IMG/VR virus record: IMGVR_UViG_3300032331_001791
Span: 1-64,000 of that record
Length of the DNA stretch: 64,000 nucleotides
Source of the DNA: a virus
Reading direction: 5' to 3' (one strand)
In this document: one piece after another, positions 20,364 through 29,915 of the stretch
How the letters are laid out: the number at the start of each line of letters is the position of its first letter
How positions within the stretch are numbered: the first letter of the stretch is position 1
Translations under genes and position numbers: made by a program
Notes under the pieces: generated by a model
Told to the model about the DNA's origin: nothing
The model's input: only the letters and a program-made list of their open reading frames with translations
Database searches by the model: none

Positions 20364-23300
20364 TGAATACATTCAATCCTACTCCTAATCAATATAATAA
20401 AAGAAACTTCTATGAAGTTTTGAAGATCATTACTCCTCTGATTTATGAACAGAAGGATATTGAAACTAGTGGAGTTGCGATTGATGAAGCCGACAATATC
20501 ATAAATTCACATATCTTAGCAGCAAACAAAATGAGTAGTATTTTGTTTGTTTCTGGATATAGTAATATATCTTCAATATCCCAGTACTTTATAAAACAAA
20601 ACGAACTTACTAAAATTACTTCTCAAACATTTAATGATAAAATATTAAAGCCTTTAGGAAGTGCAATTGATGATTTTGAAACCAATGAAGATTTTAGAGA
20701 TTGTATCTCATCTGTAATTTTACCAAAAATAAGAACTAACTCTAATACTTTATATTCAGATACTACTGGGGTATATGCAAATACAAATTCAGGAACTCAC
20801 TATTATCTAGCTGATAATTTAGGGTGGTTCTATTTCTTAAATCAATCTGGTTTAGGATCTTTAGTATATGAGCCATCTTCATATGTTCTAAGTCAGCTAT
20901 CAACTTTATACTTAGATAATAAATTAGAAACCTTAGAGGGTATAATAGGACTAACAAAATATCTATGGTATAACTATGGAACTAAGGCAATTATATCTTC
21001 TAATGGTTTAATTCCACAGAACTATGTTTCTGGGACCTCAACTTACACTAGTGGAACTCAACAATTAGATAAACTAGAAACTATGATTGAAGTTTTGTAT
21101 TCTAAGGCATATGCTGATAGGCAAGACTTTAGAATAAAAAATTCTTTTGATGATTATATAAATGGATTGGGATTAATTAATGATCTAGAATCTAAGGGGC
21201 CTTTTCATAAATTTTATAAAGCCATTGGATACTCAATGGCTGATATAAATAATCAAATTGAACAACTTCAATCTTTGTATGATATTGATTCTTGCCCAGA
21301 TGAATTCTTACCATACATAGCACAATTAATAGATTGGCAACTTTTAGGTCCAGACCCAGTTAAGTGGAGACACCAATTAAGAACTGCGGTAGATATTTAT
21401 AAAAAGAAAGGAACCACACAAAGCATTCAATATGCAATGAATGCTTTAATAAAAGGTATAAGTTTAGATGTTTCATCAAATGTTGAAGAACTTTGGGAAT
21501 CTTATTTACCATTCCTCCTTTGGTATTCCTTAGCTACAGAATCAATCCACTTTAAAAATTTAGAAACTTGGACTAGGCAAAAAGCTCAAGACGCTGGAAT
21601 ATACAATTATGATCAGGCAAGTTTAGAGAATAATATAAAAATAGCTGTTGATCATATTTTACTAGAAGCCTATAAGAGATTCCCTAGTAATTTTACTTAT
21701 CAAGGAAAAGAGTTCCCAGTATATCGCATGGTAACTCTAGACAATCAGACCGCAGAGCCAGGAGATATTTATGTCCTTCCTTTTGAGAAGTATACTCCAA
21801 TAGATTATCAACAACCAATCTTCCTTAAGAGTTGGTATTTCGATACTGATTATAGATATAATTATAATATGATGGAAGTTGGAAGATATGGGGAAACCAA
21901 TGCTTTCAATGCATCTTTCCATGAAGGACCTTCTGGACTAGGTATCTATTTAGGAAAGGTTGTTTCAGGAACAAATAACTCGCTAGAAAGACCAATTTAT
22001 CTTTCTTCTACTGGAGAATCATCATTCGTATTTAATTTTAGAAACTATACAAATTTCCCAATTCCACCTTTTGAAGAAATTAAATACTACAAATACTGTG
22101 ACATTACAAAAGAACTTTTAGATTTCCTTGTTGAAAAACTTAAGTGCTTAGGTGTGAATGATTCTTTTGCAAATTATTTTTCAAATTATGTAACTGATTC
22201 TGCTATAAATTCTAATCAAAATATAGCTGCAAAAAATAGTTTCTTAATGTTCTTCTCTGGAATGCAAATTCCTACAAATTACTTCCAAGTTTTAAATAAC
22301 AGAGATAGCATAGACAATGGAATATTTAGTTTATGGAATGGTAAATCGTCTCATGTTTCCGTTGGATTTTATGCCTCAAGTTTCGATTTTGTAAGTGAAG
22401 ATTATGAAGGGGACGGTAGGTATGCTCTTCAATCTACAAAAACTGTCTTAGACAAATTCCTCCCTGCTCACGCTATACCTAATATTAATTTAGAAGTATC
22501 TTCTTATGCTGATAATTTTACTGCTTCAAATACTGAGTTTGATTCAGTTAATTTTGGTAAGAGAGATACAATGTATTCTCTATCGGCTGGTATTTTTGCG
22601 GGAACAGAAGTTTCTGGATTATCAATGGGAGCTATTTCCCCAGGGACAGACTCAGGTAGAGGTGGACTAAATACTTTCTTAAGAACTGATGTTAATACAG
22701 TCGATGATCCTTTGTTTAGTGGAACAACTTATATACAGGTTCCTAGAAAAGCATTAAGACGAAGAAATTATAAATTTGTTCTTCCTCACGAACAATATTA
22801 CGACAGAACAGGATTTAATCAGCCTATAACTTTTGATCTTTCGGTTCTAGAGCGAAGCACAACAAACTCTAGTGGAATTCTACCTTTAGGATACATACCG
22901 TCATCAAATAGTTACTATCCAGTATATGATTTTAGAAACCCTTCTTCTGTTTGGGCATTTTGTGAAAATTTAGATTCAGATAATCAATATTTTGGAGTTT
23001 CTGTAAGCAATACTTTCCCAGCTAGAGGATTAAAAGTTTTAGGGTCTGATCTAAAAAATTATCCTACAAGTACTTCTTCTCACGATAAGTATGTTGATAG
23101 ATGTCAGGTTCATCCTTTATTTATAGTAATGCAAAATATAAAGGAGAAGGAAGCAATTTCTAAAGCTGAAATTGAGGTATCTGCTAATTACCAAAATTAC
23201 TACGGAACTATTTATAAAGAGGATCATGTTAGATCTTTAGCTAATGGATATTTAAATAGTGGAACTGTTGGGATAAATTCTTATAGGGATTATGAAGATT

Positions 23301-24721
23301 TCCAATTCGGTAGAGGAATACATTTACTATTTAAAGATTATAAAAAATACTTTAATCATTCCTTAGGGGCTTCAAGTCTAGAAAATACTGGAGCCAACAT
23401 ATTCTCTCATACCTTCGGACCTACCCTATACAACGCAGACTTCTCTATACAGGGCTCTGCTGTAACAACACAGGAAGGTACTTACATAGCATCATCTCTT
23501 GACAGAATCGTTCCTATTGCGTATTCAAACGGCTCAGGAGTTTTCTCTGTATGTGCCGTGCAGAATGGAGCGGCTTCAGGAACTTATGTTGCTTCTACAA
23601 TAGCTTCTATGGTTGTTCCTTTCAATGGTGTGTTTAGTGCAGGATCTAGATGTGTTGAATTAAGAAATCCATATATTCTTAGTGGAATTGAATTTGTACA
23701 AACATCTGGTGCTTCCACTAAAAATAAATTTGAGATTTTACAATTACAAGGATCTGGAGATTTTTATTTAAAAGATAGACCTGTAATTAAATGTTTTACT
23801 TATAACGGATTACCCAGATTAAGATTTGATTTATCCTCATACGGAACTAGAGCTAATACTTTAATTCCAGAACATAAATTTAGATTTACTTTCAAAGGCC
23901 AGGTAACTGATAGTAATTTAAATGAGATAGGAGGAGGAAAAATAGGAGTTTGGGTTCATACAGGTCTTATAACTGGAAATGATGGTAATTCCTATTTCTG
24001 GTCTTGGACCAATAGAAACAGATGGGAGTTGGTAAAATATAATTCTCTTACTATGCAAATAGTAAAAGAAGAACTCTCAATTCCTTATAATTTTAGTGCG
24101 AGGAGACCTGTAGACTCTACAATTAATATTAGAGAAGATATTAAGTGCTTAGGAAACAGAGTATATGATACGATTACTGAATCCTTTACAGAAAGAACAG
24201 TCGATAGTTTCTTAGATTTTAAAGAAGAATACTTAGATACTTTTGAATTTGATTTTGATACTAGAAATTATACAAACTATAATAACTTTGAATACTTAGA
24301 AATAATTCCAGTTCCTGACATCTATCACCAAATAAGAAAAAATGTTCACGGGTCTGACATAAATTATTTTGTAGAAGTGTTCTCGTATCCATTGAGCGAA
24401 GATAATAAGTTTGTTTTAATTGATACGATCTCTATTCAAGATTTAACTTTAAAACAAAATTCTGGATTACGAACAGGTTATGGAGTTCAAACAAGCTCAA
24501 TTCCCCTAGTTCCTTTTGTAGAAGAATATCAATACTATACAGATAAAGAAGAACTTAGAGTGATACTTAAGTTTTTTAACGGACTAACAACTAACTCTTA
24601 CACTAGTAGAAATGCATCAGATTCTTCTGGAATTCTAAATACTAGCGGTGGAGGAAGATTAAATTATAGATTACACCCAGGAACAACAGTTCCCTTAACA
24701 GGTGTGGATGTAAGAAACTAA
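20363..24721 (+). CDS. Large baseplate wedge protein (gp7 / P2 gpI-like core)
   Basis: LYDIDSCPDEFLPYIAQLIDW...YKKKGT and 'PAHA' motifs; follows gp6. Confidence 0.7.
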   Translation: MNTFNPTPNQYNKRNFYEVLKIITPLIYEQKDIETSGVAIDEADNIINSHILAANKMSSILFVSGYSNISSISQYFIKQNELTKITSQTFNDKILKPLGSAIDDFETNEDFRDCISSVILPKIRTNSNTLYSDTTGVYANTNSGTHYYLADNLGWFYFLNQSGLGSLVYEPSSYVLSQLSTLYLDNKLETLEGIIGLTKYLWYNYGTKAIISSNGLIPQNYVSGTSTYTSGTQQLDKLETMIEVLYSKAYADRQDFRIKNSFDDYINGLGLINDLESKGPFHKFYKAIGYSMADINNQIEQLQSLYDIDSCPDEFLPYIAQLIDWQLLGPDPVKWRHQLRTAVDIYKKKGTTQSIQYAMNALIKGISLDVSSNVEELWESYLPFLLWYSLATESIHFKNLETWTRQKAQDAGIYNYDQASLENNIKIAVDHILLEAYKRFPSNFTYQGKEFPVYRMVTLDNQTAEPGDIYVLPFEKYTPIDYQQPIFLKSWYFDTDYRYNYNMMEVGRYGETNAFNASFHEGPSGLGIYLGKVVSGTNNSLERPIYLSSTGESSFVFNFRNYTNFPIPPFEEIKYYKYCDITKELLDFLVEKLKCLGVNDSFANYFSNYVTDSAINSNQNIAAKNSFLMFFSGMQIPTNYFQVLNNRDSIDNGIFSLWNGKSSHVSVGFYASSFDFVSEDYEGDGRYALQSTKTVLDKFLPAHAIPNINLEVSSYADNFTASNTEFDSVNFGKRDTMYSLSAGIFAGTEVSGLSMGAISPGTDSGRGGLNTFLRTDVNTVDDPLFSGTTYIQVPRKALRRRNYKFVLPHEQYYDRTGFNQPITFDLSVLERSTTNSSGILPLGYIPSSNSYYPVYDFRNPSSVWAFCENLDSDNQYFGVSVSNTFPARGLKVLGSDLKNYPTSTSSHDKYVDRCQVHPLFIVMQNIKEKEAISKAEIEVSANYQNYYGTIYKEDHVRSLANGYLNSGTVGINSYRDYEDFQFGRGIHLLFKDYKKYFNHSLGASSLENTGANIFSHTFGPTLYNADFSIQGSAVTTQEGTYIASSLDRIVPIAYSNGSGVFSVCAVQNGAASGTYVASTIASMVVPFNGVFSAGSRCVELRNPYILSGIEFVQTSGASTKNKFEILQLQGSGDFYLKDRPVIKCFTYNGLPRLRFDLSSYGTRANTLIPEHKFRFTFKGQVTDSNLNEIGGGKIGVWVHTGLITGNDGNSYFWSWTNRNRWELVKYNSLTMQIVKEELSIPYNFSARRPVDSTINIREDIKCLGNRVYDTITESFTERTVDSFLDFKEEYLDTFEFDFDTRNYTNYNNFEYLEIIPVPDIYHQIRKNVHGSDINYFVEVFSYPLSEDNKFVLIDTISIQDLTLKQNSGLRTGYGVQTSSIPLVPFVEEYQYYTDKEELRVILKFFNGLTTNSYTSRNASDSSGILNTSGGGRLNYRLHPGTTVPLTGVDVRN

Positions 24722-25794
24722 TGAAAGGTTCAGTAGAAATTTATAGATGTGAGGGGGATAAAAAAACCTTAATACTTAAGGAAGATAACCTCATTGTTGA
24801 TGGAGCAGGAAAGACTATAGTTGATGCTTTAACTGTTTCCCCATCTCTAGCTTCAATTCCATCTGCATCAAGTATTTTAGATGCATCTAATTATACTATT
24901 AAAGCTATAACTTTCGGAGCAGCCTCTGGATCTTATACTAGAGATTTACATTCAACTCAATATTCACAAGTAGTTAGTGCATTAAGTAATACAACCTTTG
25001 TAGTTTTACAAACCAGTACAGTTCCTGGATATTATCCAAAAACGGATGTTCTTCCTAAAGCACCTAGTCCAATTGATGATAAGCTAGAACCAACTTGTAG
25101 TCCATCTGGGTCTTGGGGGCCTGTGACTTCAATATCACTACCTTATACTACAAGTGGTGGATATTTAATTGAAGATTTTGGACATCATTTAAATGTAGTT
25201 GGAACTTCAGCTATTTATAATGATTTTGGAGTTTCAGCCCCAATAGCAGTAGTTATTGGATCTTATTGTCCTAAAAAAAGGACAACAGACCTATCAGCTT
25301 ATGTAATAAGTTCTATCTCTCAAATAAGTCCAACTTCACAAGTATCCGCATCAGTAACTTCTTTGGTAGTAACTTCTACTACAAATACTTATAATGGAAA
25401 TGATAAAATAGATAGACATGGTTTTATACCATTAACTAATCAAGTATATACAACTACTCCAACTTTTTCTCCAGCTAATGGATTAGTTTTAAGTGCAATT
25501 TTAAATCCTGGGGTTTATTATAATGGAGAAATAGCTTATGGAACTAAAATAGGTTCTGTAGATGCTCAATTTTTAAATTTATATGGAGGAGTTTTTCACA
25601 TGGGTCTTTGGACATTAGACTTAAATAGGACTCTTTCAGCAGGAAATAATCCTCCTTATTCATTTAATAACCTAAATAATCCTATGAAGTATAGATTATT
25701 TTGTAAAAAATCATTTACTTCGAATCTAGTTGCCAGAACCGATTTATCAACTAGTCAGGATTTAGAAATTATTTGGAGAATTAAATTCTTATGA
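24721..25794 (+). CDS. Baseplate / fibre-attachment protein
   Basis: 'DNLIVDGA...I..ITFG...IIWRIKF' pattern; paralogous to the next gene. Confidence 0.5.
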   Translation: MKGSVEIYRCEGDKKTLILKEDNLIVDGAGKTIVDALTVSPSLASIPSASSILDASNYTIKAITFGAASGSYTRDLHSTQYSQVVSALSNTTFVVLQTSTVPGYYPKTDVLPKAPSPIDDKLEPTCSPSGSWGPVTSISLPYTTSGGYLIEDFGHHLNVVGTSAIYNDFGVSAPIAVVIGSYCPKKRTTDLSAYVISSISQISPTSQVSASVTSLVVTSTTNTYNGNDKIDRHGFIPLTNQVYTTTPTFSPANGLVLSAILNPGVYYNGEIAYGTKIGSVDAQFLNLYGGVFHMGLWTLDLNRTLSAGNNPPYSFNNLNNPMKYRLFCKKSFTSNLVARTDLSTSQDLEIIWRIKFL

Positions 25795-26363
25795 ATTTTA
25801 TTGAAGACTTAGGAATAAATGGTCATCTACAAATTGCCAAAAAAGATAAATTTGGTAACGAAGAGATTATCTTTGATGACCACAATATAATTGTTTCTGG
25901 TATGGGTCTAGTATTATCTTTATTATATGCTGTAGCTGGAAGTACTAAAATAACTGATTATCAAATTGATAGATGCCAAGTTGGAACAGGGGGGTCAGCA
26001 GGATTTGAAGTCACTGGGACTAATAAGGTTCAAACACCATTACCAAGTTATGGAACTGATACAGATATATTAACAGTTACTGGAAGCATAACAACAGTTG
26101 TAGGTACTAACATTCTTACTCAAACATTCTTAAAAATACCTCATAGTAAAATTACTAGAATAGGTGACAACTCAGTAAGATATACAATTGTATTAGATGA
26201 GGAAGCAGGAAATGGTAATACATTAAATGAAGTAGGATTATATTCAGCAAATCCATTTAATGTATCTCCAAGTAGATCTATTTTAGTAGCCTATAGATAT
26301 TTCAGTAGTATAGCAAAGACTAATGATTTCAGTCTTATTTTCCGTTGGACATTAAACTTCTAA
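25791..26363 (+). CDS. Baseplate / fibre-attachment (collar-like) protein
   Basis: HNIIVSG...VGTG...LNEVGLY...LVAYR.F..I.K...SL.FRWTL.F. Confidence 0.6.
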   Translation: MNFIEDLGINGHLQIAKKDKFGNEEIIFDDHNIIVSGMGLVLSLLYAVAGSTKITDYQIDRCQVGTGGSAGFEVTGTNKVQTPLPSYGTDTDILTVTGSITTVVGTNILTQTFLKIPHSKITRIGDNSVRYTIVLDEEAGNGNTLNEVGLYSANPFNVSPSRSILVAYRYFSSIAKTNDFSLIFRWTLNF

Positions 26364-26364
26364 T

Positions 26365-29300
26365 ATGGCATTCAATATAAACGATATTTATACTTCTAGC
26401 GGCAGCGCAAAACTTTATAATTCTTGGACTCCTACAGTAGCCAAGTTTGATACTAGTTCTTTCTATAACTGGGAACAGGACAATCTTCCAGTATATGATC
26501 TTGAGGAAAGAACATATGAGCTTTGGGAATACAATGGATTTACAACCTCTTCAGTTCCAGGAATTGCATTAACTGTGAGCGCAGATGCTCCTGCTGCATC
26601 TTTGTTAGCAAACAGAAATATCTTTACAACTGTTAGCGCAGCTATTGCAGCATTACCAAGAGTAATTCGTTGTCCAATACTAATTGAAGTTTGTAATTAT
26701 GGAGACATGGGTAAGTTAGAATTACATGATTTCCAAATTATGGAAAGAGGTTCTTTAGAAATCATAAATAGAACTTATTCTACAGTTTATGATGATAATA
26801 TTTCAACATCTGTGTCTGCAACAGCACAGCTAGTAACTTCTCCCATTGCTGGGCACACTCTCATAAGAAGAATAACAAGTTCTGATTTAAGTTCTACTTT
26901 AATTTCTACTTCAGCAGTAAACCTCGGTGTCCCAGTGTTTAGTTCTACAGCAGGAACAAGATTTTCTTCTGTTAATTCATTTTTATACCAATCAGTTCCA
27001 TTAAAAAAGGGGTGTTTATCTGTAGGAATAAAAAATAGTTCAACTTTAACAACAACTGCTAATACATTTATATTTGTACCTTATGAAACTGCTTATGCAG
27101 CAGCAGATTCTGTTACATCATTAGACTTTTCATCAATAGATGAATTTAATGGAGTTTCCATGGCAAGAGATGCTGCTGTAACTGGATCTCCTGTGTTAGG
27201 AGCAGTATATGGAAATAATTTTAAACAAATAAGCGTAAAAAATTGTTCTGGTAAAATATACATCAGAAATTTCTGTGTAATTGGGGATACTAGAAGTTAT
27301 GCTGGATTAGATAATGGAATAGAAGTTGTTAATGCTGATGTAGTTTTAGAAAATTGTGCAGCAGTAAACGCACTAGTTAATGGATTTTATTTTTCAAATT
27401 CTAAAGTAATATTATCTAGAATGGCATTTGCCTATAGAAATTATTATCTTACTGCTGCGTCAACTAGATCATCTAATCAATCTTGTGGATTTAGAGCAGT
27501 TAATAGTGAAGTAACACTGAGTTCCCTGCCAGGAGGATCTTCAACTACAGCTAGAGATTACCAAACCTCAGGATCAAATGCTTTCTTCTGTGCTTCTAGA
27601 AATAAAATTGGATTCTTACTTGAAAATTCAGTTTTAAATGGTGGACTTTCTAGAGTTGTAGCTGCTGAAAAAAATAAAAGTTCTTTAGCATTAGAAATAA
27701 ATGAGGAGTATGGTTTAAGAGCTATTAATTCTCAAATTAATATTAGAGGACTGCTAGATGTTTATGAGAATAAAGTAGGAATTGATCTTTTAAATTCTGT
27801 TTTATTAGCTGAAGAACTTACTTGTGAATTCAACCAAAAAGAAGGTTTAAGAGCTAAAAATTCTACAATAATAAGTAATGAATATTTAAAAACATTAGTA
27901 GCAACTATTGATAATGATTCTAGAGCACAAGTTCAATTTTATTTCAATGGTCAACATTTAAATTTAGATAATTCCACTTTTAACTTTAAGAAGACAACTA
28001 ATAATCCAACAGTTCATGGAGGAATGACATTTAAATATAATGTTGGATTAAGTTATACTGGGGATAGTGGGAATAAATTCCCTGTTCCTGGAATTAGATT
28101 AGTTAATAATTCAAAAGCAGAATTAATACATTCACAACATCTAGCCCCACAAGCCTATTGTGGTACAAATGTTTATTCTTATGGTAGATTAATTTCTGCT
28201 GATTCAAATTCTACTGTTTCTTTGTATGGAACAGGTGCTCACTGTACAGTTGTTAGAGGTCCTGAAGATTTTTTAAGACAAAAATATATGGCAGCAATTA
28301 GTGGGAAAAATGGGTCTGTTGTAAATTTATTTGGTCCAACAGTCATATCCCAAGCTGGTGTAGATGTTTTAGTAGAAGATAATTCAACTTTAAATATTTC
28401 TCCTCCTGTAGATTCAAATACTGGATTGTATGATGTTAGTGGATTTAATTTATCTACACAAGGAAATCAAACTGCAGTTGAACTTCACTCAACTAGAGCT
28501 TGTTTGGTTGCTAATAATAATTCAGTAATTAACATGGAAAATATTGGGGCTAATAATGTTAACTGGAGTAGGGGACCCCTTGGGCAGATTGCCAACAACA
28601 ACGCTCAAACAGACCTATCTGACTTAACTGGAGAACTTAGTAACTATATTGTTTATGGAAAAGTTCACTTCTATCCAAATCCATATGATGCTGGAGCAGT
28701 TGCTACTGGTGGCTTTGATGGAATGGCAGATCCAGGAACAAGTCCTCAATTTGCTTTAGATAGTGGAACTCAAACTCTATCATATATAAGCACTTCACCC
28801 ACAAGAGGAGGAGTTTGTGTAAGAGCACTAGGAAATAGTACTGTTAATGCTCATAATGTTAATTTCGGTCCAGGACCAAATACAGGACCTCTCGATGGTC
28901 TTTATTATGATGCTAGTGGTTCAACTTGTAATCAATTAATGATTTGGAATATTGCGGATGATTCTAAATTAAGAGCATCTTTACTTTCTGTGAGTAGTGT
29001 ATACGGAGCAGATTCCCCTTACTATGGACCTCCATCAGTATATGTTTCTAGTAATACTTATGGACAAAATGCTACTGGAACAAATGTAACTTATGGGGCT
29101 CCCATAGGAACTCCAGATACAGGTTCACTTAGTGTTTTAGACTCTTTTGGTGCAGGTGGATCTTCTGTTGCCACAGCATGGAAGCCTTTATCTGGAACTA
29201 CAATAAATAGTCCATTTGATTATTTCTTCCCGATAAAACTTTTACAGGCTTCCTCACTTTCAGCACTAGATTCTACATTAAATAAATCTGTATTAGCATC

Positions 29301-29913
29301 ATCTTTAACAAATAATGCTGGAATTGCAATCTCTGGAATAACCGTTACAGGAATTCAATATGGAACAAGTTCTACAACACATTATAAAAATAATGGAATG
29401 TTTAGAATTTACTTCTCACCAAATCCTGCTTGTAAGTATTTACAACATGATATAAGTGGTTATGCTTATGGCCCTAAGTACTGGAACTTGAGTGGATCTC
29501 CAACTAATTCCTTCTCAGGAACAGGCATCATCTATCAAATCTTTGCTCAGGGATATAATTTATCAGCACCAGTATCAGCAATAAATACTTATGGTGATGT
29601 AAGTGCTTATTATCCGCAACTACTAAAATTGAGCAGAGATGCGGATGGTGATGGAATTCCAGATACTATGCACCCATCAGGGTTCTATTATTGTACAGAA
29701 TTCTTACCTGATAATCCAACTCAAGTTATTCTAGATGAATCGGCGGCATATGTATTTGCAAATGCTAGAAATGCTTCGCTAGGATCTTCTGGAAGACCTA
29801 GAAGAGTTTCAATTTATACCGCTGGCTCTACTCCAGCTACTGGAGAGAGTAATGACGGGGATGTAGTAGGATTTATATCTACTAATGTATTTGATTTAAA
29901 GAGAAATAACTAA
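26365..29913 (+). CDS. Tailspike / right-handed beta-helix protein (possible depolymerase)
   Basis: FTTVSAAIAALP start of a pectin-lyase-like helix; repeated G(F/L/I)xxxNS coils. Confidence 0.7.
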   Translation: MAFNINDIYTSSGSAKLYNSWTPTVAKFDTSSFYNWEQDNLPVYDLEERTYELWEYNGFTTSSVPGIALTVSADAPAASLLANRNIFTTVSAAIAALPRVIRCPILIEVCNYGDMGKLELHDFQIMERGSLEIINRTYSTVYDDNISTSVSATAQLVTSPIAGHTLIRRITSSDLSSTLISTSAVNLGVPVFSSTAGTRFSSVNSFLYQSVPLKKGCLSVGIKNSSTLTTTANTFIFVPYETAYAAADSVTSLDFSSIDEFNGVSMARDAAVTGSPVLGAVYGNNFKQISVKNCSGKIYIRNFCVIGDTRSYAGLDNGIEVVNADVVLENCAAVNALVNGFYFSNSKVILSRMAFAYRNYYLTAASTRSSNQSCGFRAVNSEVTLSSLPGGSSTTARDYQTSGSNAFFCASRNKIGFLLENSVLNGGLSRVVAAEKNKSSLALEINEEYGLRAINSQINIRGLLDVYENKVGIDLLNSVLLAEELTCEFNQKEGLRAKNSTIISNEYLKTLVATIDNDSRAQVQFYFNGQHLNLDNSTFNFKKTTNNPTVHGGMTFKYNVGLSYTGDSGNKFPVPGIRLVNNSKAELIHSQHLAPQAYCGTNVYSYGRLISADSNSTVSLYGTGAHCTVVRGPEDFLRQKYMAAISGKNGSVVNLFGPTVISQAGVDVLVEDNSTLNISPPVDSNTGLYDVSGFNLSTQGNQTAVELHSTRACLVANNNSVINMENIGANNVNWSRGPLGQIANNNAQTDLSDLTGELSNYIVYGKVHFYPNPYDAGAVATGGFDGMADPGTSPQFALDSGTQTLSYISTSPTRGGVCVRALGNSTVNAHNVNFGPGPNTGPLDGLYYDASGSTCNQLMIWNIADDSKLRASLLSVSSVYGADSPYYGPPSVYVSSNTYGQNATGTNVTYGAPIGTPDTGSLSVLDSFGAGGSSVATAWKPLSGTTINSPFDYFFPIKLLQASSLSALDSTLNKSVLASSLTNNAGIAISGITVTGIQYGTSSTTHYKNNGMFRIYFSPNPACKYLQHDISGYAYGPKYWNLSGSPTNSFSGTGIIYQIFAQGYNLSAPVSAINTYGDVSAYYPQLLKLSRDADGDGIPDTMHPSGFYYCTEFLPDNPTQVILDESAAYVFANARNASLGSSGRPRRVSIYTAGSTPATGESNDGDVVGFISTNVFDLKRNN

Positions 29914-29915
29914 TT